Positions 20,183 through 30,941 of a DNA stretch of 64,000 bases are shown here, piece after piece; the first letter of the stretch is position 1; each line of letters begins with the position of its first letter. The notes beneath the pieces were generated by a model that searched no databases, was not told the origin of the DNA, and was given only the letters and a program-made list of their open reading frames with translations. The position numbers and the translations under genes were made by a program. The DNA comes from Thermoanaerobaculia bacterium. GTDB taxonomy: Bacteria > Acidobacteriota > Thermoanaerobaculia > UBA5066. The DNA is taken from the NCBI GenBank assembly GCA_963816185.1, contig CAWFJJ010000025.1:512001-576000 (forward strand). Reading direction: 5' to 3'.

Positions 20183-21199
20183 ATGACCCTGCCCGCGCGC
20201 AAGGCGCCCGAAGCGTTCCGGCGCGGGCTTTCGGCGGTCGTGGCGAATCCCGGCCTGATCCTCGCGCCGCTCGCGCTCGCCGCGGTGTCGATCGGCTCGG
20301 TCGCAGTCCCCGTCTTTTTTCTCCTGGCGGGTCTCGCGGGTTTTCGCCGCGGGCTCCCGCGGATCTCGGATCTCGCACGAGACGCCGAGTCGCTCCTGCC
20401 GCGGGTCGAGAGCTTCTTCGAAGGCCTGCTGGCCTCGCCGTTCGTGCTCGTCGGCGGCCTCCTCTGCCTCCTCGCCTTCCTGCTCCTTCTCACGCTCTTC
20501 GCGGCCTATCTGAGAGCCGGCATCGTGGGGTCCTTCGTCGCGATCGACGCGCAGGCGGCGGAGGAGGCTCTCCTGCCCGCATTTCACCGTCCGGGCCTCG
20601 GGGCCGTTTTTCGCGCGTCGGCGCACCGGCTCTTCGGCCGTTTCTTCGCGCTCGTGAACCTCTACGCGCTCGCGATCTCGTGCCTGGTGCTCCTGATCGT
20701 CGTGCCCATCGGCCTTGTCGTTTTCGGGGCGGCGAGCGAACGAGGCGGCTTCGTGGTGGTGGCGTTGGTGCTCTTTCTCCTGTTGCTGCCCCTCGTCATC
20801 GCCGGGTCCGTCGCGATACGCGTTCTCTATCTCGTCTCGTGTCGCCTCGCCGCGAGTGACGACGTCGATGCGCTCGAGGCCGTCGCGCGGTCGGTCTCCC
20901 TCATCCGCTCCTCTCTTTCGCAGGTCGTGCTCCTTTATCTGCTGAGCCTCGCGGCCGCGTTCGTCTCGGGATTCGCGTTCCTCGTTCCGCGCTTCGCCGT
21001 TTCTTTCCTGGCGGGGCATTCCCTCGTTCTATTCGTCGCCGGCACGGGGCTTCTCCTCGCGGCCCAGATGCTCGTGACTCTCTCCTACGATCTCGTCGTG
21101 ACGGGCTCGTTCGTCTCGCTCTGGCCGGTGACGAGCGGCGAAAGCGTCCCGCCCGTCGCCTCGGCGCCGGAAGGCGACGCTCCTCCCTTTCTCGTGTAA
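20183..21199 (+). CDS. Multi-pass membrane protein of unknown function
   Basis: 338-aa ORF with several hydrophobic helices; GAGG RBS. Confidence 0.7.
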   Translation: MTLPARKAPEAFRRGLSAVVANPGLILAPLALAAVSIGSVAVPVFFLLAGLAGFRRGLPRISDLARDAESLLPRVESFFEGLLASPFVLVGGLLCLLAFLLLLTLFAAYLRAGIVGSFVAIDAQAAEEALLPAFHRPGLGAVFRASAHRLFGRFFALVNLYALAISCLVLLIVVPIGLVVFGAASERGGFVVVALVLFLLLLPLVIAGSVAIRVLYLVSCRLAASDDVDALEAVARSVSLIRSSLSQVVLLYLLSLAAAFVSGFAFLVPRFAVSFLAGHSLVLFVAGTGLLLAAQMLVTLSYDLVVTGSFVSLWPVTSGESVPPVASAPEGDAPPFLV

Positions 21200-21210
21200 G
21201 ATCTGTTGGA

Positions 21211-21232
21211 AATTTGACGGATTCGTCAAATT
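21211..21232. promoter_or_regulatory. Perfect 9-bp inverted repeat, candidate operator of the acyl-CoA dehydrogenase gene
   Basis: AATTTGACG-GATT-CGTCAAATT. Confidence 0.5.
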
Positions 21233-21312
21233 CTCTTCGTCGCCAGGAGACGCACATGGTTTCTTCCCGGGTCCTCGACGCCCCCTCTCCCTCGACCCGC
21301 GCGTCCGCAGGA

Positions 21313-22461
21313 ATGGCTTTCTCGCTCTCCGATGAGCAGGAGGCAATTCGACGGATGGTGCGTGATTTCGCCCAGAGCGAGATCGCACCCCACGTCAAGG
21401 AGTGGGACGAAGCCCAGACGTTTCCGCGCGAGGCGCTGCGGCAGCTCGGGGACCTCGGGATGCTGGGCGTGCTGGTGCCGGAAGAGTACGGAGGCGCGGG
21501 CCTCACGTACATCGACTACATCCACGTGATCGAGGAGCTGTCCCGCGTGGACGGTTCCGTGGGTCTTTCGGTCGCCGCGCACAACAGCCTCGCGACGAAC
21601 CACCTGTGGCTGTTTGGAAACGAGGGGCAGCGCCGCACGTGGGTGACGCCGCTCGCGCAGGGGAAGCTCCTGGGAGCCTGGGGCCTCACGGAGGCCGAGG
21701 CCGGCAGCGACAGCGGCGGGACGCGGACGACGGCCGTCCTCGACGGTGATGCCTGGGTGCTGAACGGCGCCAAGACGTTCATCACGCACGGCTCGGTCGG
21801 TGACGTGGCGGTCCTCATGGCCGTGACGGACAAGGCGGCGGGCAAGCGCGGCATCTCGGCGTTCGTCGTGGACCTTCACCAGAAGGGCGTCCACTCGGGC
21901 AAGAAGGAGAACAAGCTCGGCATGAGGGCGTCCGACACCGCGACGATCGTGATGGAGGACTGCCGGATTCCGAAAGCCAACCTCCTCGGCGCTGCGGGAG
22001 AAGGGTTCATCCAGGCGATGAAGGTGCTCGACGGCGGGCGCATCTCGATCGCGGCCCTCGCCCTGGGCATGGCGCAGGGCTGCCTCGACTGCTCGCTTCG
22101 CTACGCGAAACAGCGCAAGCAGTTCGGAAAGAGCATTTCCGAGTTCCAGTCCATCCAGAACTACCTCGCCGACATGGCGACCGAGATCGACGCCGCGCGC
22201 CTCCTGACGTACCGCGCCGGCTGGGCGAAGGACCAGGGCCGCGTCACGACGAAAGAGTCCGCGATGGCGAAGCTCTACGCATCGGAGGTCTCCGTGCGCG
22301 CCGCGAATCTCGCCGTGCAGATACACGGCGGGTACGGCTTCACGAAGGACTTCCCGGCCGAGAAGTTCTACCGGGACGTGAAGCTCTGCACGATCGGCGA
22401 AGGCACGTCCGAGATCCAGCGGATGGTCGTGGCCCGCGAGCTCCTGCGCCCGGGCGGTTGA
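21313..22461 (+). CDS. Acyl-CoA dehydrogenase
   Basis: [51 protein letters not shown]; start uncertain (21214/21256/21313). Confidence 0.95.
   Translation: MAFSLSDEQEAIRRMVRDFAQSEIAPHVKEWDEAQTFPREALRQLGDLGMLGVLVPEEYGGAGLTYIDYIHVIEELSRVDGSVGLSVAAHNSLATNHLWLFGNEGQRRTWVTPLAQGKLLGAWGLTEAEAGSDSGGTRTTAVLDGDAWVLNGAKTFITHGSVGDVAVLMAVTDKAAGKRGISAFVVDLHQKGVHSGKKENKLGMRASDTATIVMEDCRIPKANLLGAAGEGFIQAMKVLDGGRISIAALALGMAQGCLDCSLRYAKQRKQFGKSISEFQSIQNYLADMATEIDAARLLTYRAGWAKDQGRVTTKESAMAKLYASEVSVRAANLAVQIHGGYGFTKDFPAEKFYRDVKLCTIGEGTSEIQRMVVARELLRPGG
22195..22228 (+). repeat. 34-bp direct repeat, copy 1 (inside the acyl-CoA dehydrogenase gene)
   Basis: GCGCGCCTCCTGACGTACCGCGCCGGCTGGGCGA, identical to 25177-25210. 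Confidence 0.9.
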
Positions 22462-22529
22462 GTCGCCGCGCCGCCCGAACTGAATCTCGTTCCGAGGCAT
22501 ATAGTATTCGAGCGTCCGTCCGTCGCCTC

Positions 22530-25163
22530 ATGCGATTCTCTGCCGGAGCCCGTCTCGGCCCATACGAGCTCGTTGGCATGCTCGGAGCCGGCGGCATGGG
22601 CGAGGTCTATCGCGCGCGTGACCCGCGCCTCAATCGCGATGTTGCGTTGAAGGTGCTGCCGCCCGAGGTCGCGAACGACCCCGACCGTCTCCGGCGCTTC
22701 GAGCAGGAGGCCCGCGCGGCAGGAGCGCTGAACCACCCCAATGTCCTCGCGGTTTACGACATCGGGAGCCAAGAAGGCGTCTCTTACATCGTATCGGAGC
22801 TCTTGGAAGGGGAGACGCTCCGCGGCCGCCTGGAAGAAGGAGCGCTCCCTCTCCGCAAGGCGGTCGACTACGCCGTGCAGATCTCCCACGGGCTGGCCGC
22901 GGCCCACGAGAAGGGCATCGTCCACCGGGACCTCAAGCCGGAAAACCTCTTCGTTACGAAAGATGGACGAGTCAAGATCCTGGACTTCGGCCTGGCCAAG
23001 CTCGTCGAACCCGAATCGGTTGGCGCCGAAGCGGTCACGGCGACCGGGAAGAACGAGATCCTCGGTACCGTGGGCTACATGGCCCCGGAGCAGATCAAGG
23101 AGCTCGGCGTGGACCACCGAACCGACATATTTGCTTTCGGAGCGGTCTTCTACGAGATGCTGTCCAAGCGGAAAGCGTTCCAGAAGGAGACTGGGGCCGA
23201 GACGCAGGCTGCGATCCTGACGCTGGACCCACCGGATCTCTCGGCGGGCAACCCGCCGATCTCAGGCTCTCTGAACCGCATCGTGCACCGGTGTCTGGAG
23301 AAGAGACGTGAAGAGCGATTCCAGTCGGCACGAGACCTCGGATTCGCGCTGGAGGCGTACTCGGGCATATCGGACGAGGGGCCGCGTATCGACGTGGTTG
23401 CCCTGACGCGCAACACGCCCGCACGGCGCCCCCGGTGGATTCCGGGAGCGATCGCCGCCGGACTGCTTCTGGCGCTCGGGGTCGCTGGATGGCAGCTTCG
23501 TCAGCGTGACTATTTCTGGCGGAACCCGCTCGCGGGCGCACGATTCAGCCGCTTCACGGACTGGGCAGGCTCGGAGCTCGATGCGAGCATCTCCGCCGAC
23601 GGGAAGTTCGTGGCGTTTCTCTCGGACCGCGACGGACGGTTCGACGCCTGGGTGGGTCAGATCGGCAGCGGCGAGTTCCTCAATCTCACCAAGGGCCCAC
23701 ATCCAGTTGCCCCGGTTTGGCAGGTTCATAACGTCGGCTTCTCCGACGACGGAGCTCATGTTTGGTTTCACTCGACAGACGAGAAGATGCACAGCGTCTC
23801 GCTTGTGCCCACGATCGGTGGAGCGCCGCGGACTTTCCTGCCGAATGCCGTCGAGGCGGCTTGGTCGCCCGACCACACTCGCATCCTCTATTACGCGCCG
23901 GATCCCGGTGACCCGATCTTCATCGCCGATCGGAACGGAGGAAACCCAAGGCAGATCTGCATCGGCAAGCCCGGTATTCACCAGCATTACGTCACATGGT
24001 CGCCGGACGGCCGCTTCATCTATTTCGTCCGAGGCATACCCCCGGACGAGATGGACGTCTGGCGAGTAGCCTCGGCAGGCGGAGTCGCGGAGCGTCTGAC
24101 CCATCACAATTCGTTGGTTGCCTGCCCGAGTCTGCTCGACGACCGGACTCTGATCTACACCGCCATGCGAGAGGACGGCTCCGGTTCCGGGCTCTTCGCG
24201 ATGGACGTCGAGCGGCGCATCTCGCACGCGGTGAGCGCCGGTATCGAGGAGTACGTCTCGGTCGGCACCAGCGCCGACGGCCATCGACTGGTCGCGACGG
24301 TGGCCAATCCCGTCCGTGACCTCTGGACGGTCCCGATCACGGATCACATCGTGGACGAGGCTGCCGTGACGCAACTCAAGCTGCCGACCGTGCGCGCGGC
24401 GGCGCCCCGCTTTGGACGCGACTACCTCCTTTATCTGGGATCGAAGGGTGCCGCAAATGGACTGTGGAAGCTCAAGGATGGCTCCGAAATTGAGTTGTGG
24501 AAAGGGAGTGACGGTGCCGTGCCCTATGCCGCGGCCGTGTCCCCCGACGGAACGCAAGTCTGCTTCGTGGCCCGCAGCGGAGAACACGCGCGCCTTCACT
24601 TGATGGCGGCGGACGGCACCAACGTGCGCCGCCTCGCGGAGTCGCTCGAGGTCCGCGGCGCGCCGACCTGGTCTCCGGACGGGAAATGGCTGGCCGTCGC
24701 CGCCACCGAAGGCAAGGCAAATCCGCTGTTGAAAGTACCGGTGGGTGGCGGACCACCCGTACTCCTGGTCGACGGAGTGAACTCCGTCATTTCCAATCCG
24801 GTCTGGTCGCCCGATGGCCGCTTCATCCTCTACTCGGAGGGTCGGGGCTCCGCGACGTCTCGGCTCCTGGGGGTCACTCCGGATAAACGGCCCTTTTCAC
24901 TGCCAGAGGTCTGGGTGGGGATCTCTGGCGACCGGTACCGTTTTCTGCCCGACGGAAAGAGTGTGGTCGTCATGCAGGGCGCGTTGTGGCTGCAGGATTT
25001 CTTGCTGCTCGATCTGACGACCGGCCATCGGCGTCAGTTGACGAACCTAGGGCGGGAAACTCTCATGCTGAGCTTCGACATCTCGCCCGACGGCAAGACA
25101 ATCATCTTCGACCGTTACCGCCAGAACTCCGACATTGTCTTGATCGATCGCGTCCTGCGTTAG
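22530..25163 (+). CDS. Hanks-type Ser/Thr kinase with TM and TolB-like (PD40) beta-propeller
   Basis: [33 protein letters not shown]; repeated WSPDG; ATG 22530. Confidence 0.93.
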   Translation: MRFSAGARLGPYELVGMLGAGGMGEVYRARDPRLNRDVALKVLPPEVANDPDRLRRFEQEARAAGALNHPNVLAVYDIGSQEGVSYIVSELLEGETLRGRLEEGALPLRKAVDYAVQISHGLAAAHEKGIVHRDLKPENLFVTKDGRVKILDFGLAKLVEPESVGAEAVTATGKNEILGTVGYMAPEQIKELGVDHRTDIFAFGAVFYEMLSKRKAFQKETGAETQAAILTLDPPDLSAGNPPISGSLNRIVHRCLEKRREERFQSARDLGFALEAYSGISDEGPRIDVVALTRNTPARRPRWIPGAIAAGLLLALGVAGWQLRQRDYFWRNPLAGARFSRFTDWAGSELDASISADGKFVAFLSDRDGRFDAWVGQIGSGEFLNLTKGPHPVAPVWQVHNVGFSDDGAHVWFHSTDEKMHSVSLVPTIGGAPRTFLPNAVEAAWSPDHTRILYYAPDPGDPIFIADRNGGNPRQICIGKPGIHQHYVTWSPDGRFIYFVRGIPPDEMDVWRVASAGGVAERLTHHNSLVACPSLLDDRTLIYTAMREDGSGSGLFAMDVERRISHAVSAGIEEYVSVGTSADGHRLVATVANPVRDLWTVPITDHIVDEAAVTQLKLPTVRAAAPRFGRDYLLYLGSKGAANGLWKLKDGSEIELWKGSDGAVPYAAAVSPDGTQVCFVARSGEHARLHLMAADGTNVRRLAESLEVRGAPTWSPDGKWLAVAATEGKANPLLKVPVGGGPPVLLVDGVNSVISNPVWSPDGRFILYSEGRGSATSRLLGVTPDKRPFSLPEVWVGISGDRYRFLPDGKSVVVMQGALWLQDFLLLDLTTGHRRQLTNLGRETLMLSFDISPDGKTIIFDRYRQNSDIVLIDRVLR

Positions 25164-25176
25164 AGCGGAGCCAACG

Positions 25177-25210
25177 GCGCGCCTCCTGACGTACCGCGCC
25201 GGCTGGGCGA
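25177..25210 (+). repeat. 34-bp direct repeat, copy 2 (intergenic)
   Basis: Identical to 22195-22228. Confidence 0.9.
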
Positions 25211-25240
25211 GCCGCCCACCCCGGCCATCCGGGTCTCCGT

Positions 25241-27508
25241 TCACAGACCAATCCGCTTCAGGAGATCCGCGAACCGCGGATCCGCGCGCAGCGGGTCCGC
25301 ACGCGGGTCGACCCGCAGCAGCGCCAGGAAGGGGGTCCGTTCGGCCACGGCCTTGTCGAGCCATTTGAAAGCAAGATCCGTCCGGCCGAGCGCCACTTGG
25401 ATATAGGCGATGTCGAGCGACGAAACGTATCGCCGCGGCGCGAGAGCGGCGAGCTCGGCGAGGATCGCCTCCGCCTCGTCCCGCCGGCCCGAGGCAGCCA
25501 GGCAAGCGCCGAACGAGGAAAGTCGGGTTGGGTCGCGGCCCGACAGTTCAGCCGCGCGTGCTCCAAACCGCGTCGCTTCCGTCCACATCCGCTTCGCGAA
25601 GTAATTCAAGCTCAAGAGGTGGTGCGCGACGGCGAAGTTTGAGTCCATCTCGAGGACCTTTTCTAGCTCGGCGATGGCTTCGTCGTATCGGCGGGCGAGA
25701 AAGAAGCACCAGCCAAGGCTGGCACGGGCGGGAAGAGAGAGAGGATCCAATGCCTCCGCGCGGTGCAACTCCACGAGGCCATCCTGAAACCTCTCCCTGC
25801 TCGTGAGGAAGATGCCGTAGAAGTGATGAACGTGGACGAAATCGGGGCTCGCCGCGATCGCTCGATGGAATTCCTCCTCGGCACCCGACCAGTCCCAGTC
25901 GTACCAGAAACGAACGACGGCGAGAACGGTCCGTGCTTCTCCCAACGACGCGTCGAGCTCCAGCGCCCGGGTGGCAGCCGCCTTCGCCCTGGGAAACGCT
26001 TCCTGCGGCTCAAGATACTGGTAGAAGCCGAGCTGGTTGTAAGAGTGCGCGATCCCGGCGTAGGCGAGGGCGTACTCGGGGTCGACTTCGATCGCCTCCT
26101 TGAACAGCTCGATGCCTTTCCGCAGCCCGTCGGCCGTCCGCTTGTTCCAGTAGAAGAGCCCTTTGAGATAGAGGCGATGGGCCTCGGGGCTCTCCGTCGC
26201 GCGATGCGCGAGGAGCTGCTCGTTCTCGCCCGTGACCTTCACGCGGAGCTTCTCCGAGATCTCCCGCGAAATCTCGTCCTCGATCGCGAGGATGTCGGCG
26301 AACTTCCGGTTGTAGTTCTCGCCCCAGATCTGCGATCCGTCTCGCGCATCCACGAGCTCGGTCTTGATCACGAGGTTGTCCCCGCGATGAAAGACCCTGC
26401 CGGTCAAGACGGCACGGACCTTCAGCTCGCTGCCGACCGTCTGCGGATCGATCTCCCGTCCCTTGTAACGGGAAAGCGTGGTGCGCGCCATGACGCGCAG
26501 GTTCGGAAGCCGGGAAAGGCTGTTGATGATGCTTTCCGCGATGCCGTCGGACAGATACTCCGTGTCCGGATCGGGGCTCGCGTTCGCGAAGGGCAGGACG
26601 GCGATCGATTCAATCGCCGGGCCGTGCTTCCCGGAGGACGACGGGGCTCCTATCGAACCGCTCGTCACTTCCTTCAGATGGAATGCCAGATCCCGCGCCG
26701 ACTGAAACCGCTCTTCGCGGTTCTTCTCCAGACAACGACTGACAACTCTCTGGAGAGGCGTCGGCAGCGCAACCCCGAAAGTGGCGATCTCCGGCGGATG
26801 ATCCCGCAGAATTGAGGCCAGCGTCTCCCCGCTGGAGTTTCCTTCGAAGGCCCGCCGGCCCGAGAGCATTTCGAACAGCAGGCAGCCGAAGGAAAAGATG
26901 TCGCTTCGCGCGTCGACTGCTTCGAGCCTTACCTGCTCTGGCGACATGTAGCCGACCGTTCCGAGAACCGTGCCGGCTTCCGTCTGCATCGATCCCGTCG
27001 GCGAGGAAGTCGCTCCGCCCATGGGGCGCTCTTCCAAGCGCGCGAGACCGAAGTCCAGGATCTTGACGAGGCCTGCGGACGTCACGAAGACGTTTTCCGG
27101 CTTCAGGTCCCGATGCACGATCCCCTTCGCGTGCGCGGCGGAGAGTCCGTCGGTGACTGCGATCCCGATCTCGACGGCCTTTCGCCAACCCAGACGCTCT
27201 CGAGCGATTCGTTCACGGAGCGTCTCGCCATCCAGCAGCTCGGTGACCGCGAAACGAATTCCGTGGTCCTCACCGAAGTCGTGGATCGCGAGAATGTTCG
27301 GATGCGACAGCGCGGCGACCGCCTTGGCCTCCCGCTCGAACCGCGACAGCGCGTTCGCGTCCGCCGCCAGCCGCTCCGGCAGCACCTTGATCGCCACCTC
27401 GCGATCGAGCCGCGTATCCCGCGCCCGGTAGACCTCTCCCATCCCGCCCGCACCCAAGGGCGCGAGGATCTCGTAAGGGCCGAGCCGGGTGCCCTCTTTG
27501 AGAGGCAT
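25241..27508 (-). CDS. Hanks-type Ser/Thr kinase with TolB-N-like domain and TPRs
   Basis: [22 protein letters not shown]; SIAVLPFAN..EYLSDGI; C-terminal TPRs ending DPLRADPRF. Confidence 0.93.
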   Translation of the reverse strand: MPLKEGTRLGPYEILAPLGAGGMGEVYRARDTRLDREVAIKVLPERLAADANALSRFEREAKAVAALSHPNILAIHDFGEDHGIRFAVTELLDGETLRERIARERLGWRKAVEIGIAVTDGLSAAHAKGIVHRDLKPENVFVTSAGLVKILDFGLARLEERPMGGATSSPTGSMQTEAGTVLGTVGYMSPEQVRLEAVDARSDIFSFGCLLFEMLSGRRAFEGNSSGETLASILRDHPPEIATFGVALPTPLQRVVSRCLEKNREERFQSARDLAFHLKEVTSGSIGAPSSSGKHGPAIESIAVLPFANASPDPDTEYLSDGIAESIINSLSRLPNLRVMARTTLSRYKGREIDPQTVGSELKVRAVLTGRVFHRGDNLVIKTELVDARDGSQIWGENYNRKFADILAIEDEISREISEKLRVKVTGENEQLLAHRATESPEAHRLYLKGLFYWNKRTADGLRKGIELFKEAIEVDPEYALAYAGIAHSYNQLGFYQYLEPQEAFPRAKAAATRALELDASLGEARTVLAVVRFWYDWDWSGAEEEFHRAIAASPDFVHVHHFYGIFLTSRERFQDGLVELHRAEALDPLSLPARASLGWCFFLARRYDEAIAELEKVLEMDSNFAVAHHLLSLNYFAKRMWTEATRFGARAAELSGRDPTRLSSFGACLAASGRRDEAEAILAELAALAPRRYVSSLDIAYIQVALGRTDLAFKWLDKAVAERTPFLALLRVDPRADPLRADPRFADLLKRIGL

Positions 27509-27562
27509 GAAGCTGGCGGAGATCGTACAACAGGTCTCGAGGCCTCCGCCCGACCGGACTTG

Positions 27563-28627
27563 TCAGAATCGCCGCGCGTAGCTCGCGAGGAGCAGATAGG
27601 GAACGAAGTCCGAACCGATGTGCCTGCCCTTGGATCTATCGAGGAGGCTGTCGAGCTTGTTCTGGTACGCGCGTATCGGGACGCTCACCGAGGCGATGTT
27701 CGCGCCGTTCGTCCAGGTCAGACCAGGCTCGATGTAGATTTCGTATCCGGGCCTCCGCCAGTAGAGATCACCACCGCCGATGAGGTCCCTCACGGTTACC
27801 CCGTTGATCCGGCCTCCTAGCGACACGACGAGGCCCTTGGGCACCGGCAGCGCCTGGGCCAATCCCAATCGTCCCGAGTACGTGTCTGGCACGCCCCTGA
27901 GGGCGTCGGGGAGTCCGGACGGAAGATATTGGTGCACGTTGGTGTGCACGTTGAGACTCAGCCCGTAGTAGGCGGATCCGTAGGCGAACAGGTCGCCGAC
28001 GACTTTGGCCGTGCCCTGCGCCCTGAGCAGGATCTCCCAGCCTCCGTTACCCGGTTGAAACGTCTCATCGATCGGCAGCTCGCCGGTGGGATACGTTCCC
28101 GTCGCGGAGTCGGACCCCGTCGGCATCTTGATCCCGATGTCCACGGAGCCTTGAACTCGCGAAGACTTCGTCGGATCCGACAGCCAGTATTCCATTCCGA
28201 GCGAGATGTCGCCGAGTCCGTTCACGTTGAAGCTGTAGAACCGGCTGGATCCTGCGGGGTCGTGAAAACCGCCCGAGCCCGAGAGAAACGGCACGGTCAG
28301 ATCCAGGCTGAGGCGGTTGCTCAGCGCGTAGATGACGTCGAGGTCGTAGATGCTGACGTTTCGCACGGGCGCCTTTCCCCCAGGCCCGGCGGCGTCATTG
28401 CGCTGATCCCCGACGAAGAGCTGGTTCGTATAGGCGTATTGATACGAAACCTGAACCTGCCAGTGTGCTGCGGGAAGATAGGGCTGGTTCTGCAGGCCCA
28501 AACTGGGCTCTGTGAATCGGATCGGCTGTCAACCCTGGCCGGCGGCCGGCCTCGTAACGGCAAAGACTGCAGCCAGAATCACGAGACGAAGAGCCCACCT
28601 CGAGACCTCGACGCGCATCCCGGCCAT
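27563..28627 (-). CDS. Probable selenoprotein: outer-membrane beta-barrel (MetA-pathway/'transporter'-like) with in-frame UGA at codon 33
   Basis: GAGGAGG RBS and ATG 28627; signal peptide, then QG-TGA(28531-28529)-QPIRF in frame with ORF 27563..28501; GLGDI and GIKMPTG barrel motifs; C-terminal Phe; hairpin 3' of the UGA. Confidence 0.75.
28488..28528 (-). promoter_or_regulatory. Candidate bacterial SECIS element
   Basis: UUC-A-CAG-A-GCCC[AGUUU]GGGC-CUG-CA-GAA; apical loop starts 24 nt after the UGA with G at loop position 2. Confidence 0.65.
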
Positions 28628-28803
28628 GATCAGCCTCCTCGATTCGAATCGTGGCGGGTCAAACGTCGGCGGCCCGCCATTTGGAAACGATCTTGTTCCG
28701 CGCATTGGACACTCAATGGCAATCCCGGTCAACGCCGAATCGAGGCGGTGCGAGCAATGATCCACGAGCCCGCGCCGCCTCTTCCCGATACTCGCCCGAC
28801 AGC

Positions 28804-30090
28804 CTAATGATCCCGTCCGTCATCGTCTCCGTGGATCCGCCGAAGCGCGTGCTCGAGGACGTACTCGGCGACCAGGACGCCCGTACTCTGGCCGTCACGG
28901 CAAGCCGAGCGGTAGTGAATGCCGCCGAAGATGCGGGCATCCGCGACCTCGTCGAGCGCCGACGGGAAATCCCCGAAAGAGCGGACGACGCCCGGCATGA
29001 AGTCGGACTCCAGGCTGAAGTCCGCGTCGGTTCCGAAGAGTGCCGAAAGGACCGCCGCGGCGGCGCCGCTCACGGTGGCGTGGCCGGAGGGGTACTCGGG
29101 AAAGGCCGGAGTCACCAGGAGCGGTGTCCAGGCCGGATCGGGGTCGGTCGCCGGGTTTCCATCCGTGTCCGCCAGTGAAATCGCCGTGACCGGCCGCCAG
29201 AACACGTAGTGATACTTCCCGTCCCAGCAGGCGATTGCGGCGTCCGCCATGGCGAGATTCAGAAGAGCCAGAACGTAGGACTCTTCCGAAAAGGTCAGAT
29301 GAGTCCGGAGGCCGAGCTCCACGGCTGCCCGGTCCCAGAGGTAGGCCGGCGTCGTCGAATTCCAGAATTGGGCGGAGAGAGTCTGGTCCGAGGTCCGGAG
29401 GGGGCTCGAGAGGCTGCCCATGGACTTCGTTTCGTTGAAATCGGCCGCGTACTGCGCGCTCGCGAGGTTTGGGGGGCCCGACGGGCGGAATTGCGAGGCG
29501 GATTCGATCACCCATGTTTCCATCGTGGCGAACTGTGGCGCGGCGCCCGGCAGGAACCCGGGCGGCGTCGGCCGCCACTCTCCGACGGCCAGGCCGCCGA
29601 GAAACGGCGGAGGAGGCGGCGTGAAGCCGTCCGCGCTCCGCCAAGCCCAGATCGCGTCCGCGACTGCCTGCCCCCATTCGACTCCCCGGGCGATGGACTG
29701 GCTGTGCTCCTCGGCCTCTTCATCTGCGATCGCCGCCAGCGACGCCGCAAGCTTCACGTCGAAGGTGCTCTTCTGGGAGGGGTAGAGTCTGACGAGGTTC
29801 GCATAGGCCGCCTGGACTGCCGCCGCGCGCCGCGACGCCCCGCGCGGCGCGGCCGGGGCGACGTGGATCGGGGTGTACCGGCGCTCGATGCCGTTGACGG
29901 CGTCGAAGACGGAAGCCTGGACGATCGCGGCCACGCGGGTCATGACGAGCGGGCTCGTGGGCGGGACCGCGTCGTGCGCAGCCTGCAGCATGATCCCGTT
30001 CCAGTCCGTGACCTCGTCGGCGCGGACGGCCGTCGAGATGGAGCTGGCCATGGCAGCCAGCACGAAGAACGACCTGGCGAATCGTTTCAT
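28804..30090 (-). CDS. Secreted vanadium-dependent haloperoxidase / PAP2 superfamily protein
   Basis: Signal peptide, DEVTDWN; KYHYVFWRP, PEYPSGH, RIFGGIHY; AAAGGAG RBS. Confidence 0.88.
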   Translation of the reverse strand: MKRFARSFFVLAAMASSISTAVRADEVTDWNGIMLQAAHDAVPPTSPLVMTRVAAIVQASVFDAVNGIERRYTPIHVAPAAPRGASRRAAAVQAAYANLVRLYPSQKSTFDVKLAASLAAIADEEAEEHSQSIARGVEWGQAVADAIWAWRSADGFTPPPPPFLGGLAVGEWRPTPPGFLPGAAPQFATMETWVIESASQFRPSGPPNLASAQYAADFNETKSMGSLSSPLRTSDQTLSAQFWNSTTPAYLWDRAAVELGLRTHLTFSEESYVLALLNLAMADAAIACWDGKYHYVFWRPVTAISLADTDGNPATDPDPAWTPLLVTPAFPEYPSGHATVSGAAAAVLSALFGTDADFSLESDFMPGVVRSFGDFPSALDEVADARIFGGIHYRSACRDGQSTGVLVAEYVLEHALRRIHGDDDGRDH

Positions 30091-30166
30091 GATGTCTCCT
30101 TTCCTGGCGTTTCGAACGCGACTCAATTGCATCGCGCTGCTAAGATTGATTTCTCGACGGGAGAAG

Positions 30167-30210
30167 TCTCAGGAGCACGCTAGGGTTTCGCTGGCTTTTC
30201 GCTAAGAGTC
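30167..30210. promoter_or_regulatory. Direct repeats at 11-bp periodicity, candidate wHTH binding array
   Basis: TCTCAGG(30167), CGCTAGG(30178), CGCTGGC(30189), CGCTAAG(30200). Confidence 0.5.
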
Positions 30211-30214
30211 GTGG

Positions 30215-30859
30215 ATGCGGCTGACTTTCGCTGATTGCGTTTTCGACTCGGGAACCAGAGAGATCTCTCTGGGCGGGCGAATGGCGCCGATCTCTCCCAA
30301 GGCTTTTCGGCTCCTCGAGATCCTGATCGAGAGACGCCCGAACGCCGTCCCAAAGGAGCAGCTTCATGAGCTCCTGTGGCCGAGCACGTTCGTGGCCGAT
30401 GCAAACCTGCCCAACCTCGTGGCCGAGCTGCGGGCCGCGCTGGGCGACGATCCACAGAACCCGCGCATCGTCCGGACGGTGCCGAGGTTCGGCTACGCGT
30501 TCTGTGCGGAGGCCGCGCCGACCCCGAGCGGGCAGGGCCGCTCCGTCGTCTTCAAGCTGCTTTGGGGCGGGCGGGAGATCGCGCTCGATCCCGGCGAAAA
30601 CGTCCTGGGCCGGGATCCGCTATGCGTCGCCTGCATCGACGTCGGGAGCGTCTCGCGGCGCCACGCTCGCATCGTCGTGTCGGGAGGCAGCGCGACCGTG
30701 GAGGACTTGGGGAGCAGGAACGGGACGTTTCTCAAGGGGGAGGCGGTTGTGTCCGCCTGCGTGCTTTCCGACGGCGATCGAGTCCGGCTCGGGACCGCGG
30801 AGATGACGGTCCGGCGCTACGTCGGCGGCGTTCCGACGGAGCCGGTGCAAGACGCGTAA
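30215..30859 (+). CDS. Transcriptional regulator, OmpR/CadC-type winged helix + FHA domain
   Basis: LLEILIERRP..ELRAALGDD..RTVPRFGYAF; FHA motifs LGR, VSRRHA, DLGSRNGT. Confidence 0.9.
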   Translation: MRLTFADCVFDSGTREISLGGRMAPISPKAFRLLEILIERRPNAVPKEQLHELLWPSTFVADANLPNLVAELRAALGDDPQNPRIVRTVPRFGYAFCAEAAPTPSGQGRSVVFKLLWGGREIALDPGENVLGRDPLCVACIDVGSVSRRHARIVVSGGSATVEDLGSRNGTFLKGEAVVSACVLSDGDRVRLGTAEMTVRRYVGGVPTEPVQDA

Positions 30860-30941
30860 AGGACCAACGCGCACCGCATCCCGCGGCGATGTTCGGCGCC
30901 TTCTCCTCTTTATCTCCTAAGAAGTCTCCCGGCCACGGGGC

